Part shown: one piece after another, positions 63,471 through 64,000 of the stretch
How positions within the stretch are numbered: the stretch's first letter is position 1
How the letters are laid out: each line of letters opens with the position of its first letter
Assembly (NCBI RefSeq): GCF_001194135.2
Contig: NC_068986.1
Coordinates: forward strand, 64,450,190 to 64,514,189
Source of the DNA: Octopus bimaculoides
Lineage: Eukaryota
Reading direction: 5' to 3'
Length of the DNA: 64,000 nt
Made by a program: the position numbers and the translations under genes
The notes under the pieces: generated by a model
What the model was told of the DNA's origin: nothing
Seen by the model: the letters and a program-made list of their open reading frames with translations, nothing else
Database searches by the model: none

Positions 63471-63644
63471 AAAGGGATTCTTTACAGCCGGCAAGTCACT
63501 GTCATATGAAACAACTACAAATAAAACAGTTTGCATTACGTCATATGTTTCTAACTTTGTTGGTTAGACATACATACATACATACAGCAAGTACCAGTTT
63601 TTACGTATATACACTCGCATCTGAAACATTTAGTATATTTACTT

Positions 63645-63845
63645 TCATATTTTATCTTTTACTTGTTTCAGTCATTAGACTACAGCCATGCTGGGGAACC
63701 ACTCTGAAAATTTTTTACTCGAAACGAATCGACTCCAGTACTTTTATTTTAAGCCTGGTACTTATTCTATCGATAACTTAAGCCGAACAGCTAAGTTACG
63801 GGGATGAAAATCCACCTACACAAGCTGTCAAGTAATGGTGAGGGA

Positions 63846-63888
<43 letters not shown>

Positions 63889-64000
63889 GCACGCACACAC
63901 ACACACACACTCACACACACACACACACAAACACAAACGCACACATACGAAGGGCTTCTTTCCGTTTCCGTCTACCAAATCCACTGACAAGGCTTTGGCC
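63645..64000 (-). mobile_element. SINE family A (runs off the window end)
   Basis: Tail 'ttgtttcagtcattagactacagccatgctgggg', core 'tttccgtctaccaaatccactgacaaggctttgg'. Confidence 0.85.

Overview
Animal (eukaryotic) draft-assembly DNA, very probably a coleoid cephalopod (Octopus). That call rests on my recognition of the two dominant tRNA-derived SINE families, the dense (CA)n/(TA)n/(TATC)n microsatellites and 15 N-gaps (~5 kb in total); it is not a database result. No host protein-coding gene can be called with confidence, and most of the supplied ORFs are microsatellite or gap artefacts. The window is a mosaic of decayed mobile elements. DNA transposons: a pogo/Tigger-type element, four Tc1/mariner lineages (three D,D34D mariner families, one Tc1) plus a maT-like element, a Charlie/Buster hAT with TIRs and an 8-bp TSD, a probable Chapaev3, a non-autonomous Helitron and MITEs. 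Retroelements: RTE, R4/Dong-like and CRE LINEs, three Penelope-like elements and ~20 SINE copies. Most notable: (1) the pogo transposase carries an OTU deubiquitinase-like domain between its DDE domain and its C-terminal PHD finger; (2) five minimal hammerhead-ribozyme motifs of the Penelope type, all on the minus strand, one with a perfect catalytic core; (3) an RTE LINE ending in three C2H2 zinc fingers, with a second copy showing synonymous-biased divergence; (4) a CRE retrotransposon ORF split cleanly by a hAT insertion; (5) a ~430-bp inverted repeat.
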